Assembly (NCBI GenBank): GCA_028023455.1
Contig: JAQFVV010000004.1
Location: 15,314,001-15,378,000, forward strand
DNA: 64,000 nucleotides
Reading direction: 5' to 3'
Source: Epiperipatus broadwayi
Lineage: Eukaryota > Animalia > Onychophora
Both the position numbers and the translations under genes were made by a program. Below are positions 61,847 to 64,000 of this stretch, piece by piece (the first letter of the stretch is position 1; each line of letters begins with the position of its first letter). The notes beneath the pieces are model-generated. The model ran no database searches, was not told the origin of the DNA, and saw only the letters and a program-made list of their open reading frames with translations.

Positions 61847-64000
61847 ATTTATCTTTTTCACATGTATGTGGTAATGTGTATAGGTTGTATAAGATGTATT
61901 GGATAGCTATGGGAAGCTTGAAAGTCTGAGTTCAAGTCCCTTATAATTATATTAAGTTTGGTTTGGACAATATACATGTGTATACCATAGGTAATATGTA
62001 AGAATATATTCTACCATATAGACAATTGTCAATTATTACAATAATAAATCAAAATAATAACTTATTTTTTTAAACCAGTCTATTTTTATCAAAGCAAGAG
62101 TGCAATGATTAGCATATCCACATGCTTATAAATATAAACCAAACTAAATACTGATTACCATAGGCATAAGTATATTTGCATGTGTATAACTGTAAATTAA
62201 CCTAGCAGTTAGCCATGTCATTAAATTAAATGACTAGTTTTTGTTGAGAGTATTTTCATTGTTTTTTTTTTATATCCATGCATTCTTAGAATTAATTATA
62301 TGCCAAGCTTCTTTTATTTTACACTTTCGATGATTTTTTTCTAAACAAATAATTTCAGCATCAATAAGTTTAAAGAAAGCCCAGATTTTTTCTCATGGTC
62401 TACAAACATTGTAATAAACCTCAGTTGATATATACTCTTGATTATCAATTTTGCAATGCCAGATATTATGGAATGACCTGCAAATTTAAGATCTAGAATC
62501 ACTCATGCTCATGTATATTACAAATGCAATACCACATATATCTTAGCATTTGTAGGTTAATCTGGTCATTGCTTTAAATTTGCCAACTCTAAAATTATTT
62601 GTTTAGAAAATAATCATAAGAAACATAAAATAAAAGAAGCTTAGCATGTAATTAATTCTAAGAACTTCATAAATATGAGCCAATGGCATTCCTCTCAACA
62701 AGAGCTGGTCATGTGATGTGGACAACTGCTGGGTCAATTTACAGTTATACACATGCAAATATCTATGATAATCAGTGGCTAGATTAGTTTATGTTTATAT
62801 GCAGGTGAATATGCTAATGTATATGTTATTGTTGATTATAGTCTTGTTTTGATAAAGATATACTGTATTGAAAGACTGACTTGGCAAAATAACAAATATT
62901 GTTAAGAATTATTATCTTAATAATTGATAATTCTTTTCATAATCTGGTAGAAGATATTATAAATATATACATTATGAAAAATGTGAATTTTATAAAATCT
63001 TCAAAAGAGAAAACAAGAAAAAGAATAATTATGAAAAAATTACAAATTAATTGATCTATTACTAATTAAATGCTAGCATCTTGAAATATTTGAATTAATT
63101 AGGATACTATAAAAGTTAAAACCTTTCCAATTTTTGTTGAAATCACATATAAGTATTGTCTTTAATATTTTTATCTTTGTTATTTTTGCTTTTATCACTC
63201 TTTTACCCATTTAGTTCACCATTCTTTTATTTTGCACAATTTAATTTTAATAAAATGTGTTCTTAACAATATTCAAAATAACTATCTTTTTGCAAATTAA
63301 TCTTTCTTTACGTTTTCCATAGCTATCTTTCAATATCTTGGATGAATTTTATTTTTTTGAAGGATAATTTTCTTCACTAAATCATTTTTTATTTTAAATT
63401 TTTTGGCAAATTTTCATTTTTCCTCATGTCTTTGATTGGTAAACAGATTGTTTATTCAGAAACACATTTTATTTTTTATGACAACAAGAGGCAAATTATA
63501 TAACATGTCTATTATTTTCCATTGACTACATTTTAAGCAGTGATGGTGACTCATTTAAATAGTACTTATTAATATGATAATTCAAGCCGGTGATGAATAA
63601 CTTTCTCATGACTGCAGTTGTAAACAATAATAATATATTGCTGTCCTGAGTAACAAAGAGACTATTTTCTTTTTCTTGAAGAACTGCTGCTAGTTTTAGG
63701 GAGTTTTATTTTTGATATCTTCAAGCACTAGATTAATGACTGATTTCCTTCTTCGATTGCTTAAGTTGCACAACCTGAGACAAAAAATAAAAATCAACAT
63801 CAAACAATCACTAACTATTATTGATTTTCATCTCTTATATAATCTTGTTCTACCAGGTACTCCTATAGTCCTCTCACATGATAATCTACATTTGCAGAAG
63901 AAAAGCAATTCACTTATTAAATGGTTGCAATAACATATTTGTTTTTGGAATCAGTCTTTAGTTAATAGTTCATTTAATCAACCAAATTGATTATAAAATA

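Larger units (their letters stand above)
61606..61949. mobile_element. Inverted (head-to-head) pair of the HHR-bearing repeat forming a ~345-bp foldback
   Basis: TAATCATAAGGGACTTGAATTCAGACTTTCAAGC... pairs with ...GCTTGAAAGTCTGAGTTCAAGTCCCTTATAATTA. Confidence 0.9.

Noticed and set aside
939-63933. Remaining 60-90 aa ORFs rich in F/I/L/K/N/Y
   Set aside because: Their composition is that expected from random AT-rich DNA, with no splice-supported homology.

Overview
Very AT-rich, CpG-depleted metazoan genomic DNA, almost entirely intronic or intergenic and packed with transposon relics. The only host coding sequence I can support is one internal + strand exon (50255-50492) of a KDELC1/POGLUT2-3-type protein O-glucosyltransferase. 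The rest is a mosaic of Penelope-like elements (RT plus GIY-YIG), L1/Tx1- and RTE-clade LINE fragments, a pol-less LTR-like element, hAT and TTAA-flanked MITEs, tRNA-Gly-derived short SINEs with 15-bp TSDs, a higher-order minisatellite and many long palindromes. The most notable signal is about ten minimal type I hammerhead ribozyme (HHR) motifs in at least three repeat families, each with a palindromic stem III. They occur as a tandem dimer (retrozyme-like 483-nt unit), as inverted pairs, and as non-canonical-core relics just behind two Penelope ORFs. All analysis was by eye. No searches or folding were run, ribozyme activity is untested, and boundaries of degenerate elements are approximate.
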